Below are positions 1 to 11,186 of a stretch of 64,000 nt of DNA, in pieces. Position numbers and translations under genes: made by a program. Source of the stretch: Scyliorhinus canicula (lineage: Eukaryota); assembly GCF_902713615.1 (NCBI RefSeq), contig NC_052158.1, positions 44,293,159-44,357,158 of the forward strand. Reading direction: 5' to 3'. Position 1 is the stretch's first letter, and each line of letters starts with the position of its first letter. The notes beneath the pieces were generated by a model, which ran no database searches, was not told where the DNA came from, and saw nothing but the letters and a program-made list of their open reading frames with translations.

Positions 1-470
1 GTCCCCTTACTTGAGGAGGGAAGTAGTTACATTGGAGGCAGTTCAGAGAAGATTCACTGGGTTGATTCCAGAGATGAAGGCTTTGCCTTATGAAGAGAAA
101 TTGAGCAATTTAGGTCTGTGCTCTCTCGAGTTTAGAAGAATAAGAGGAGATTAACTTGAGCTGGACAAGATGATTAAATGAATTGACAAAGTAGATGTCG
201 ACAGGATGTTTCCTTTCGTGCGGCAAAATGAAATAAGGATAAATGATTTCCCTCAAAGGGCTGTGAATCTGTGGAATTCGCGACCGCAGAGTGTGGTGGA
301 TTTTGCGACATTGAGTAAATTTAAGGAGGAGATGGAGAGATATGTAATTAGTTCTGGGTTGAAGAGTTTCAGAGAAATGGCAGGCAAGAAGAGTTGATGC
401 CGAGATGAGAGCCGGGATGATTGTGTTGAATGGTGGAGCAGCCTCAAAGGGCCGAATTGTTCTTATGTCC
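1..470 (+). mobile_element. CR1/HER1-type LINE 3' fragment (decayed)
   Basis: SPYLRR...LEAVQRRFT-like and QRAVNLWNS motifs typical of the CR1 ORF2 C-terminus, broken by stops and indels. Confidence 0.85.
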
Positions 471-584
471 ACACACAGTGCTGTAAGTGAGGGAGTTCCC
501 GGATTTTAGCACAGGAACGGGGAGACAGGACGGTGCGAATCTGAGGAAGTGGAATGAGCAAGTAGATTCCTGTTTTTTTTTTCC

Positions 585-720
585 TTTTAAAAAATAAATC
601 TTGAGTACCCTATTTTGTTTTCCAATTTAGCGTGGACAATGCACCTAACCTGCACATCTTTTGGGTTAATGGGTGAGGCCCACACAGACGCGGGGGGAAC
701 GTGCAAACTCCACACAGTGC
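585..720 (-). mobile_element. HE1-type SINE 3' part
   Basis: Reverse complement matches the SINE body repeated throughout the window (gtggagtttgcac...aaagatgtgcaggttagg...ctaaattg...gggtactc). Confidence 0.8.
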
Positions 721-805
721 TGAATTTTTCCGTGTGTCTGCTCCTCTCCTGCTTCCAGGTGAGAGATTCCGCAGGTTTGCATGGTGTCACGAGGAGGAAA
801 ATCAA

Positions 806-862
806 TGGCAGGAGTGCGATTTGAACACACGCCTCCAGAGAAGCCTGAGTGGTCATTCTGAC
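806..862 (-). pseudogene. tRNA-Leu(CAG)-derived pseudogene with internal deletion
   Basis: Minus strand reads GTCAGAATGACC...CTGGAGGCGTGTGTTCAAATCGCACTCCTGCCA, matching the 5' and 3' ends of vertebrate tRNA-Leu-CAG. Confidence 0.6.
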
Positions 863-1467
863 TAGCTGCAAGTAGAAGCAAGCTACCTGCACAAAGCGAT
901 TTAGATTGCATATTTATTGTCATTATACTGTAGTTAGAACTCAACGGAAATGTGTTTTTCCGTTTTTCAACACCAGCCAGAGTCGTGTATCTTCAGTTCC
1001 TTCCGTCCCCAAGCCGCTGGCGGGTGAGGAGATCCTCATAGCTGCATTGATCTGTTTGCTCAAATCAACAGACCGAATTCCCGCCCTGCCTGTTCTTCAC
1101 ACGAAGGTGTTGGGAGGATAACATCTGGTCAACTCGGAATTCACAAGGCCAATAGGATCACAGTGTCTGTGAGGTAATATAAGGGCTTAATCCTGTTTTT
1201 ATTCATTTTGGGAATGTGGGCATGGCAGGTTAGGCGAGCATTTAATGCCCATCCCGAGTCACCCTTCAGACAGGACTGGTGAGTTGCTTTCTTCAACCTC
1301 TGCAGTCCTTCGGGTGTACGTACATCCACTGTGCTGTTGGGAAGGGAGTTCCAGGATTTTGCCCCAGCGACAGTGAAGGGACGGCAATATATTTCCAAGT
1401 CAGGGTGGTGGGCGACATGGAAGGGAACCTCCAGGTGGTTGGGTTCCCAGGTATATTCTGCTCTTTT

Positions 1468-1945
1468 GATTTGATTTGATCTATTATCACGTGCACTTGG
1501 GTACAGTGAAAGGTATTCTGCATACACTTAAGACAGATCATTCCAGACCTGAAAAAACATAGGACACACGATAAATACACAGACAGCAGCACCGGAGTGT
1601 AGTACCACTCGGTGGGAAGATGTGAAAGGAGATCAGTGTAGACCATAAGATGGCCAATCAGCAGTCTGGTAACAACGGTGAAGTAGTTGTTTTGAACCTG
1701 TTAGTCCCTGTTCTCAGACTTTTGTCAGTCCTCCCCGATGGAAGAGATAATAACCCGGGTGGGAGGGGTTTTTGATAAAGCTGCCCGCTTTCCCAAGGCA
1801 ACGGGAGGTGTAGACAGAGTCAATGGATGGAAGGCAGGTTTGCATGATGGACTGGGCGGTCTACATTACTATAGTTTTTACGGTCTTGGGCCGAACAGAT
1901 CCCGCACCAGGCTGTGATGCAGCGAGCTAGAATGCTTTCTATGGT
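1468..1945 (-). mobile_element. Rex1/Babar-type LINE 3' fragment
   Basis: (caaat)n tail on the minus strand and IESILARCITAW-like motif, similar to the copy at 51.7 kb. Confidence 0.65.
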
Positions 1946-2476
1946 CCTGGGTTTGGAAGCTGGTGTCTAACAAACCTTCCGAATTTACTGTAGTGTATCT
2001 TGAAGATGCTACACACGGTTGTCACTTTTGGTCGGTGGTGGAGGGTTTGGATGTTACACTTACACTAGTGAAAATGTGGAGATACACGAACTCACTTACA
2101 ATACCAGAGACTGACAAATACAGAATTACTTTCAATCTAATTCACCGTTCCGGAAACCGACTGTCGGAACAAATCGCTTGTTCACGCACAATCCCACCGA
2201 CACAATCAGAAAGGGACCCAACGCTCACACAGCAGCAGAAAATGCTAAACACAGTCTGAATATGACACAGATATATTGTGCCAGTGAATGACAGATACAG
2301 AATGATTAATTTATACTCACACAAAGTAGAAGAAGTGGGTCTGAGAGAGAAACCTCCCTCTGTCCGTCTATTTCTACTGATAGGTTCAGAACGTGTCCAC
2401 TTAACTTGTTAATGGCACATGAATGGTTGGACTGAAATACAACACAGATATACTGTACCAGAAACTAGCACGCAGC

Positions 2477-2558
2477 GACGAGGTGGCCGAGTGGTTAAGG
2501 CGATGGACTGCTAATCCATTGTGCTCTGCACGCGTGGGTTCGAATCCCATCCTCGTCG
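2477..2558 (+). tRNA. tRNA-Ser(GCT)
   Basis: 82-nt GACGAGGTGGCCGAGTGGTTAAGGCGATGGACTGCTAATCCATTGTGCTCTGCACGCGTGGGTTCGAATCCCATCCTCGTCG; canonical cloverleaf with long variable arm; TTTT ~16 nt downstream. Confidence 0.97.
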
Positions 2559-3019
2559 ATCTTTCATCCACCATTTTCTCAGAAGTAAATCACTTTTGCC
2601 ATAAGGTGGAGAAACTGATGTGACAATCCAGTCCAAGTTATGAGGCCACATTGTATCGAGTTGATTTCGGAAGCGCCCGAATTCAAAGACTGAGTTGAAC
2701 AGATTGAATACTAAGAGAGGAACTACTTTGTCTATTGGGGAATGTCAAAGTCAAGCCATATTTCTTTGTTCAGGGGAATGCGAGTTTAACAAATATTCAC
2801 ATTAAGCCAACAGAAATCTGCTAAACTGAGGAAAGAGTGGATTCACTAAATGAATTGATTACTTTAATGTAGCGGCGGCAGCGCATATTCACCTGAATGA
2901 TACAGGTATAGAAGGTTTCAATTATGAGGACAGCCTGGAATCATAGAATGGTTATAGCAGAAGGTGAGGCCATTCTGCCCGCTTGTCCGTGTCAGTCGCC
3001 AGTAGTTGTCTCGTATTCC

Positions 3020-3195
3020 CGTGATAAAAACAGAAAATGCTGGAAAATCTCAGCGGGTCTGGCAGGATTTGTGGAGAGGGAAACAGAGAATCGGAAGAAG
3101 GGACATACTGGACTCGAAACGGTAACTCTGTTTATATCGTCACAGATGCTACCAGACCAGCCGGGTTTTCCCAACATTTTCTATTTGTATTCCAG
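3020..3195 (+). mobile_element. Short Penelope-derived-like repeat with imperfect terminal inverted repeats and a degenerate hammerhead-like core
   Basis: aaaatgctggaaaatctcagc ... ccgggttttcccaacatttt inverted ends; central (c)ggaagaagggaca...gactcgaaacg. Confidence 0.45.
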
Positions 3196-3858
3196 GTTTT
3201 TATGAAGAATCTCCATGGCGACCTTGCCTTTGTACTCGACGCTTCTATTTATAAAGCCAGGTTCCAAACGCCTTTTGTTCTGTTCCCTGTGGAGACCAAC
3301 GAACCCAAAAGAACCAAATTAACCCAATGATCCCAATGAGAAAAGCAAGAGACAACTGTTTATTTCTTTTGATTTTACTTCAGCAATCAAACAAAATTCA
3401 ACCTCAATTAAACATGAAGGAAGAAACAAATTGCAGTTGATACAATCCACACGTTGTGCATTATTTTTGGTCCCAACGCTAGGTGAGGTTGCTGGGATAG
3501 AATGGCGGTGCGGGCTTGGGAAGGGTGCTCTTTCAGGCTCTGGTGTAGACTCGATGTGCCGAATAGCCTCCTTGTATATAGCACTTGTATATATAGAATA
3601 AGCCCGACACTGACAGCGTACCACACTCACGTATGGTGAGCAAGACTGGCATGTTCAGAATGTCTCTCACACTCTCACATATTACCAGTGAGTGACAGAT
3701 ACAGAATGAATCCCACATTCACAAACTGGAACTAAGGAAACATCATCTCCACATTTTAATTTTTCTAAATCCCGCCGTCCCAAGTTCAATATACTGTGAA
3801 CAATTCTTGTCTCTTCCCTCTCTCTCTCTGAACTGTGAACTTCGCTCTACCAGAGTGT

Positions 3859-3876
3859 GCTGCCATCTACTGGCCA
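3859..3876 (-). promoter_or_regulatory. CTCF-like motif
   Basis: Minus strand TGGCCAGTAGATGGCAGC closely matches the vertebrate CTCF core consensus. Confidence 0.55.
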
Positions 3877-4339
3877 CAACACAGAACCGCAAGAGAGCGG
3901 GAGAAATTCACATGAATTGGCGGCGTTGCAGAAACAGGTCAATGTGAGGAATCAGTAATGAAATGAAATGAAAATGAAAATCACTTATTGCCACGAGTAG
4001 GCTTCAAATGAAGTTACTGGGATGTGACTGGGGGGGGGGGGGGGGGTGTTAGTAGTAAATAACAACAAATAAATTGATATTCTTGTATTTCCCCATGGAC
4101 TTGGTCAATTTGGAAATATTTATCTTAAGGAGCAGAAATGTTTTTAAGTGAACGCTGGATGAGAGGAGTGAGAATGGATTTCAATGACAACCAAATAATG
4201 TTGCATCAAGTAGACCATAGAATCCACCGATCCTTTAGTCTGGGTGGGCATCTCCTGGGCCACTGTAACAATTGGAGAATAATCTGGTTTTAATAAGTCC
4301 ATTGTGGATTGGATGAATGAAGATTTGCAAATTGTTTTC

Positions 4340-4740
4340 GGACACTAAACGATGCAATCACACACTCACAGAGAGTTACAGAGGCTGACAAATGGAATCA
4401 CACACTCACAGACAGTAATAATCACACAAGGTACAATCACACTCACAAAGAGTAACAGACGCTGACAGATACAGTCACACTCTCACAGACAGTGGTATGT
4501 TTTGACAGATACAATCAAACACTCACAGACACTGACAGACAATGATAGATACAATCATGAACTCACCAGGAAGTATCGGGCACTGATGAATACAGTGACA
4601 CGCTCACGGATAGGAAGGGACTGACAAATTCAACCACATACTCATAGACAATAACAACGTATGGGAGCTCCAATCAAACGGTAAATGTCTGCCTCGCAGA
4701 TGGAATCATGCACTCAGACAGTAACAGAGACTAACAGGCA
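4340..4740. repeat. Degenerate ~38-bp minisatellite (gactgacagatacaatcacacactcacagacagtaaca-like)
   Basis: About 10 imperfect units; related units at ~2080-2320 and ~3605-3720. Confidence 0.7.
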
Positions 4741-6473
4741 CATCCCTGGTGTGAAGCAGGAGTACTAACCACTTTGCCACCGTCATGCTAATGTCACCTT
4801 CTCAGAAAAATAATCAGGGCAAAAATACAAACTTTGAAAGGTTCTGACCAGAGTCAGTCTGCTCACTCCTCAGGAAGATTGCTAACTGGACATATCCATC
4901 AGCGGGAAATGTCCAGTCAACTTTCGAGACAGTTTCTGACAGAGCTCCAAACAAGGATGATGTGAATCTACACCACAATGCTCACAAAAACACGTTCATC
5001 ACAGCTGTAATGAACAGCTCATGTTGCAGCTTTAGTTCAGACAGTGGAGGATTATCACAGGCGCTCTGTCACACTGCATGTTCCTTCAAACAGGTTTCTG
5101 ACTGGGCACATGGAATGAGCGGTTGTGTGAACATTAGTGATTCAGGGGGAGATTTCTAATTTACCAGCCTGGAGTTAGGATTCCATTCCCAGACATTTCC
5201 CTTTCTCTTTCTGAATCCATCTCTGTCCTCTTGCTCATTTACACTTTTCATTATTCCGCCAATGGCGAGCACGTTTTCAGCTGTCTGAACCTTTAGCTCT
5301 GCAATTCATTCCAGAAACATCTCCAACTACTCCTCCACCGTCCAACTGCAAAGTGAAGGAATGCAATAAGATTCAATAACGTATTCAACTCGATGTTGTG
5401 TCCAGAAACCTGTGGCGCGCTGAGTTAAAAGGAGAGGTGATCATCCTCTTGTTTACGTTAATCTGCATTGCAGCACTGTAGCAGACCAAGGACATAAAGG
5501 TCAGGGCGGGAACAAAATGGATATTGGAAATGACAAGTGGCAGGATGTTCAGTCAGCCTTGCGGATTGAACTCTGATTTCTCAAAGCGGCCACCCAGTCT
5601 GCGATTTGGTGTGCTGAAGTAGATAGAAAATTGTGGCAGCACATGCAGTAGTTTAAACTGAAAAATAACTTGTGTATCGCTGTTTCACCTGGAAAGAATG
5701 GTTGTGGCCTTGGATATTGAGAAGAGAGGAGGTAAAATACATGTTTTCCGTCTCACAGAATAACAGAATATTTTACACAACCTGAATCACCTTTACTGAA
5801 CAGAGAAAGGTTCTCCTTAAGACGGTTCTGATCGAAATATTTACTCCGCTCCATAAACAAAGCACTAACTACACAAATGGCCGGGACACCCTTTGTCTTT
5901 CATTGAAGGTTATCACCCAATTTGGCTGTTTGGGGGATGAACGTAAAACTTTATCGTGTACGATAATTATCATTTTAAATAAAATGCATTAAATATATGA
6001 AAGAATAGTTAATAAATGATAATTAGTCAATATTAAGGAAAAGCCCATCCGATCAGGTCAGGGAATTTTGGGAATGGACCGGTGTGAGACATTCCCAGAC
6101 CATATCCAACATTCTCCTCAGCATAAAGCCTAACCCCGAAAAGACTGAAACAGACACTCGTTTGATCACATCACGATCAACATCAGTAACACCTTAACCA
6201 TGAGGCTACTGGTGAAGTCATGATGACTTCGAATTTCTCCTACAATGCCAACTGACCCCATTGACTGACAGAATTACATTGCCCACGTGATTGGCGATGT
6301 TCAACTTGGCGAGTGATGGAAACTAATATCGCTGCTTCTAATCTTCACCAAAACAGAGATAAATGTTACATTGTTCATTTACATTTCTGATTTATAATTG
6401 TGTGGGGAATCGTTGGCCGTGAGGCTTTGGAAGCCAATGAAAAGTTGCTTTGAGTGAGATGAAAACAGCGGTT

Positions 6474-6562
6474 GGCTCATTGGTCGGGGTGTGTGATTCA
6501 CCTTTCGGGAGTTTCATGAACCATAAAAGGTGAAAGATCCCGTGTTCAAATTTCGGACGTTT
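6474..6562 (+). pseudogene. tRNA-Pro(CGG)-like pseudogene with a 17-nt insert at the canonical intron position
   Basis: GGCTCATTGGTC...CACCT-TT-CGG-G-[agtttcatgaaccataa]-A-AGGTG...GTTCAAAT; acceptor and T stems damaged. Confidence 0.55.
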
Positions 6563-6965
6563 TTAAATGTCTGTACGATCGAGATTGACTTGACTGAGTT
6601 GGGAGCAGGTTTCGGTTCCAGAGAAATTATTGCAGAGAACATATCAAGAAGAAACGAACACAATTTAAAGATTGTTTGACCGTGTTGTGTGACTCTGAAT
6701 TTACAAAATAAATCAACCTTAAATTCACAGAGAGCATCAGGCTAGGATTCAAAGAAGGAGACAACACAGCCACACGCAGCAACAGAAGTGGGAACAACAC
6801 AGCTTCCAAAAGCGGGAACACATTTACAAAGAGGGAAGAATTTGACGCATCCACAGTAAAGTCGGCGGAGCCCCAGATGACTAGAGGCTGCTTCCCCCGT
6901 TGAGCGGTAGAGCTCATTGTTGGTGATGCAACCACAGGGTGACCACTCCTCAGGCGAAATGCAAG

Positions 6966-6995
6966 GTTAGACGCACTACCGTTACGCCACAAGCC
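6966..6995 (-). pseudogene. tRNA-Trp-like 5' half relic
   Basis: Minus strand GGCTTGTGGCGTAACGGTAGTGCGTCTAAC resembles GGCCTCGTGGCGCAACGGTAGCGCGTCTGAC; no 3' half. Confidence 0.4.
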
Positions 6996-7147
6996 GAAGA
7001 ATGGTTGATTGCGCATTTCTCCGCGTAGATTTTTTTATTTACACTTTGAGGACATTTTGTACAAGGAAAACGAAACGGGAATAATGATGGAAACAGGATA
7101 TTTGCTCCCTCCTTCCTTTTCCTCTTTACTTTCTGTGGATAAAACAC

Positions 7148-7512
7148 CATAAGTCATAGGAGGAGAATTTGGCCACACAGCCCTTCGCGCCTGCTTTACC
7201 ATTCAATCATGCCTAATATATTTCTCATCCCCATTTTCGTGCCTTCTCCCTATACCTTTACTTATCAAGAACCTATCTATGTCTGTCTTAAAGACACTCA
7301 GTGACTTGGCTGCCACAGCCTCCGGCGGCAGAGAGTTCCACAGATTCACCACCCTCTGGCTGAAGATATTCCTCTTCATCTCAGTTGACAATGATTGTCC
7401 TTTCAGTCTGAAGCTGTGGCCTTGTGTTCTAGTTTGTCCTACTAGTGGAAACATGCTCCCACGTCCACTCTATCTTGGCTACTCAATATTTGTAAGTTTC
7501 AATAAGATCCCC
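7148..7512 (-). mobile_element. CR1 LINE 3' end (host element split by the provirus)
   Basis: FPLVGQTRTQGHS...FSQRVVNLWNSLP motifs; the element continues at 19404-20760 on the same strand. Confidence 0.85.
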
Positions 7513-8447
7513 TGTTGCTCGTTCTGGGTGAGTGTGCTTAACACTCGATTTGGCTCTGTTTTGTTACTTAGCTTTGGAGTCACCAGGTATCGTTAAGATA
7601 CCGCCACAAGTTTCAAGGTCAAGTTCAAAGCAATAAAACCATACACCAATTAGTAAGTTCAAACAAATGAGTTTATTATAATACAATTATAAACTACTCA
7701 TGCACACGCTAAGATGACTAAACTATTCCCACCACTAAATAGACCAATACTTATCTGAATAAGGACCTGCCGGAGCAGGGGACAAGGCCTCTTGCTCTGC
7801 ACTGGGTCCGCAGACTTCAGGTTGGTACGGGTTAAAAGGGGTCAGGAGTGTCTATCTCTGGTAGCAATCGTTGTGAGACACTTACTTGCTGGCAGCTGCT
7901 GTCCGAACCTCTCCTCTCTCTCGGTCAAGGTCTTCTTCGGTAAAGGCTGGTTGAGAGGGCTGGTCAAGAGAGGAGGGCTGGTCAAGAAGAACAAACTGAA
8001 TTTGGGACCTGTCTTTTATAGGTCCCAGGGCTTCGCGTCCTTTTTGGCAGACCCTCTATCTGCTGGGGATCGATTGGGTCTCTTCCCAATCGATTTGTTT
8101 GAATCCGTCCATTACTAAGGTTGTCCCTCAGCTACTGGGCGGGCCTTCAGGTGCTTTGTCTTCGAACCCCGCTGGTGCCGGGGTGTCTGGCTTCCCATAC
8201 AATGTTGCAATAACTTCCCTATTTGTGTCCTTTGTCCCTGGGATCGTTCCATTACTATGCTAACTGTCCCGGAGATTGCCTCATTAGTATGCGGAATGTT
8301 TGTTTCAGTGCTGTCTGCTCTCTTAGCAGACATAATACACAGTGGCTTGTTGCAGCCTGCTTGTGCTGCAAACTTTGTCCATTGTACCCTGCAAGCTTTG
8401 CGTTCCTCCATTTTGTATTAAGGGAATGGCCAACTTCAGTGGCTACA
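7513..8447 (-). repeat. 3' LTR (935 bp)
   Basis: Minus strand TGTAGCCAC...AACGAGCAACA (TG..CA); TATAAAA at 8014-8020 and AATAAA at 7672-7677; near-identical to 18584-19403. Confidence 0.93.
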
Positions 8448-8457
8448 CTTCCTCCTT
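8448..8457 (-). promoter_or_regulatory. Polypurine tract
   Basis: AAGGAGGAAG immediately precedes the 3' LTR on the minus strand. Confidence 0.75.
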
Positions 8458-8611
8458 GTGATCCTCATGAGAAATCATGAAGGATCACCCGAGTTCGGTG
8501 TCTTTGGGTTCCCTGACCTCAGCGAGTTCCATGGCCTCTGCACTTTCCTCAATTATGCCAAAAAACTTTATCTAACAATTTCTGATTGGCGCTATGTCAA
8601 AGGGGACATGC

Positions 8612-9684
8612 ATAAGAACATAAGAACATAAGAACATAAGAACTAGGAGCAGGAGTAGGCCATCTGGCCCCTCGAGCCTGCTCCGCCATTCAATTAGATC
8701 ATGGCTGATCTTTTGTGGACTCAGCTCCACTTTCCGGCCCGAACACCATAACCCTTAATCCCTTTATTCTTCAATAAACTATCTATCTTTACCTTAAAAA
8801 CATGTAATGAAGGAGCCTCAACTGCTTCACTGGGCAAGGAATTCCATAGATTCACAACCCTTTGGGTGAAGAAGTTCCTCCTAAACTCAGTCCTAAATCT
8901 ACTTCCCCTTATTTTGAGGCTATGTCCCCTAGTTCTGCTGTCACCCGCCAGTGGAAACAACCTGCCCGCATCTATCCTATCTATTCCCTTCATAATTTTA
9001 AATGTTTCTATAAGATCCCCCCTCATCCTTCTATATTCCAACGAGTACAGTCCCAGTCTACTCAACCTCTCCTCATAATCCAACCCCTTCAGCTCTGGGA
9101 TTAACCTAGTGAATCTCCTCTGCACACCCTCCAGCGCCAGTACGTCCTTTCTCAAGTAAGGAGACCAAAACTGAACACAATACTCCAGGTGTGGCCGCAC
9201 CAACACCTTATACAATTGCAACATAACCTCCCTAGTCTTAAACTCCATCCCTCTAGCAATGAAGGACAAAATTCCATTTGCCTTCTTAATCACCTGTTGC
9301 ACTTGTAAACCAACCTTCTGTGACTCATGCACTAGCACACCCAAGTCTCTCTGAACAGCGGCATGCTTTAATATTTTATCGTTTAAATAATAATCCCGTT
9401 TGCTGTTATTCCTACCAAAATGGATAACCTCACATTTGTCAACATTGTATTCCATCTGCCAGACCCGAGCCCATTCACTTAACCTATCCAAATCCCTCTG
9501 CAGACTTCCAGTATCCTCTGCACTTTTCGCTTTACCACTCATCTTAGTGTCATCTGCAAACTTGGACACATTGCCCTTGGTCCCCAACTCCAAATCATCA
9601 ATGTAAATTGTGAACAATTGTGGGCCCAACACGGATCCCTGAGGGACACCACTAGCTACTGATTGCCAACCAGAGAAACACCCT
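8612..9684 (-). mobile_element. Young 5'-truncated CR1 LINE nested in the provirus; RT C-terminal ORF uninterrupted
   Basis: ORF 8721-9725 with [31 protein letters not shown]; (aagaacat)n tail at 8612-8643. Confidence 0.93.
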
Positions 9685-9958
9685 GGCATTATCAATTGAA
9701 ATCGGGAACCTCTAACTATCCTCAATAAACTACTGTCATCTCATATTTAAACATTCTACAACATTCTAAACCCTTAATCATTCACACAGCAGCATCATTA
9801 CATTTCATTCTCTCTGACTCGGCAGTCGAGGGCAGAGGTACATAATTAATAGAAAGAATCTCTTTATTTTACAAAGGCATTGAGTATAAAAATAAATACT
9901 TGGTTACATTTCCAGGGGTTCGGGGGACTGGTGGAATCCAAAAATAGGGGATCTCACT

Positions 9959-10261
9959 CTATACACTGTTGAGGCACGAGAGCGGTAAAACTCTCCTTCT
10001 CCATTTCCTCATCCTGAGGGTTTGGACTATAATACAGATGATCGCCATTGCTAAAAGTGATTCTATAACGTACAACAAGGAGTACCATGTCAGAAATCTG
10101 GTACACCAGGTCGAGGTACTGTTACCATTGACTGGGCTGGGGGTGGTCTGGGTTTGGGAGAAGTTAGCAAACGTTGTACTGTGGGAAAGGGGGTTTGCGT
10201 CCACGCGCAACCACGCAGATGCCACAAAAGCTAAAAACATTGCAATTGGAGTGCTTTTCAT
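9959..10261 (-). CDS. Provirus accessory ORF: ~100-aa predicted type I membrane glycoprotein in the env position
   Basis: MKSTPIAMFLAFVASAWLRVDA signal-like N-terminus; S/T-rich ectodomain with NFS and NST sequons; WYSLLYVIESLLAMAIICIIV TM; RMRKWRRR basic stop-transfer; same strand as gag-pol. Confidence 0.6.
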   Translation of the reverse strand: MKSTPIAMFLAFVASAWLRVDANPLSHSTTFANFSQTQTTPSPVNGNSTSTWCTRFLTWYSLLYVIESLLAMAIICIIVQTLRMRKWRRRVLPLSCLNSV

Positions 10262-11186
10262 CTTCTCTCTCTCTTTTGTCCTCTCTTCCCTTCCTGGGAT
10301 CTTGCTGTGCTGTTGCTTCGGTTCCTCTATCGAACGTCCAAAAGCTATGGAATCAAGCATTTTATCTGTTAGTGTTCAGCTTAATATCTTGACTTTAAGT
10401 ATATCTGTCCTCTTGTTCCAAATTTCCCTTTATGATGGTCACCTCCATGTTACTCACTCATTTGTTTTTTCAAAAGCAGATTTAGGACCAGACATATACT
10501 TAACTACTAAACCAGTGCGAGCCGTCTCGCAGAGTGTTGCAATTTACCATCCCAAAATGTTCCTGGATGTAAATAGCATGAGGGGTGCAACCAAAGGGCT
10601 GCATTAAACAAAACCAGAGGAAAACAAACTTTTAGAAATAAGACAGTCGAAATGGGGTGCGAATGGGCCGCGACGGGAAAGATTTGGGTGGAATCCCTGG
10701 GTACGGCGTGCTGTGCTCTACCCGAGCTTAGCTGACCAAAGGGGTGGTCCTCAGACAGGGTGGGTCCTCAATGCCGTTTCTCCACTGCCTGAACGACCTG
10801 GAACGAACGGGCATGAACGTAATAATTGTTGAATTGCAGCCTCCATTCCCGGAATGGAGGGGTACCTAAAAAAAGGGGGAGCCAAGATGCTCCTAGTGGG
10901 ATGAAGAGCCTTAAGTTGGGCTCCAGATATTGCAGTTGAGTCAAGTTCTCAGAAATGTCGGCGGACAAACTAACGTGCATGTGAGGTGGTCACAAGCTTT
11001 TTGGCTGAAAAGCGAGTGGCCAATCTCCATGTCAAACACTTAACATACAAACAAACGTCTAAACATGCGTACAGGTTCCATCAGAAAGGACACCGTTTAT
11101 CTCTCAAGCGGTTCCTCTTTTTACATCATCTGGACACCTCACTTCTCTACATTCTCTGCGAACAGGGTCGCAAAGGGGTTGCCGTG

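Noticed and set aside
8721-9725. Intact RT ORF as a possible domesticated gene or second ERV RT
   Set aside because: It is a 5'-truncated CR1 with its microsatellite tail; the N-terminus is read-in from flanking DNA
9969-10607. 212-aa hydrophobic antisense ORF in the provirus
   Set aside because: Non-ATG start and explained as the shadow of the sense ORF and a purine-rich leader; no coherent domain
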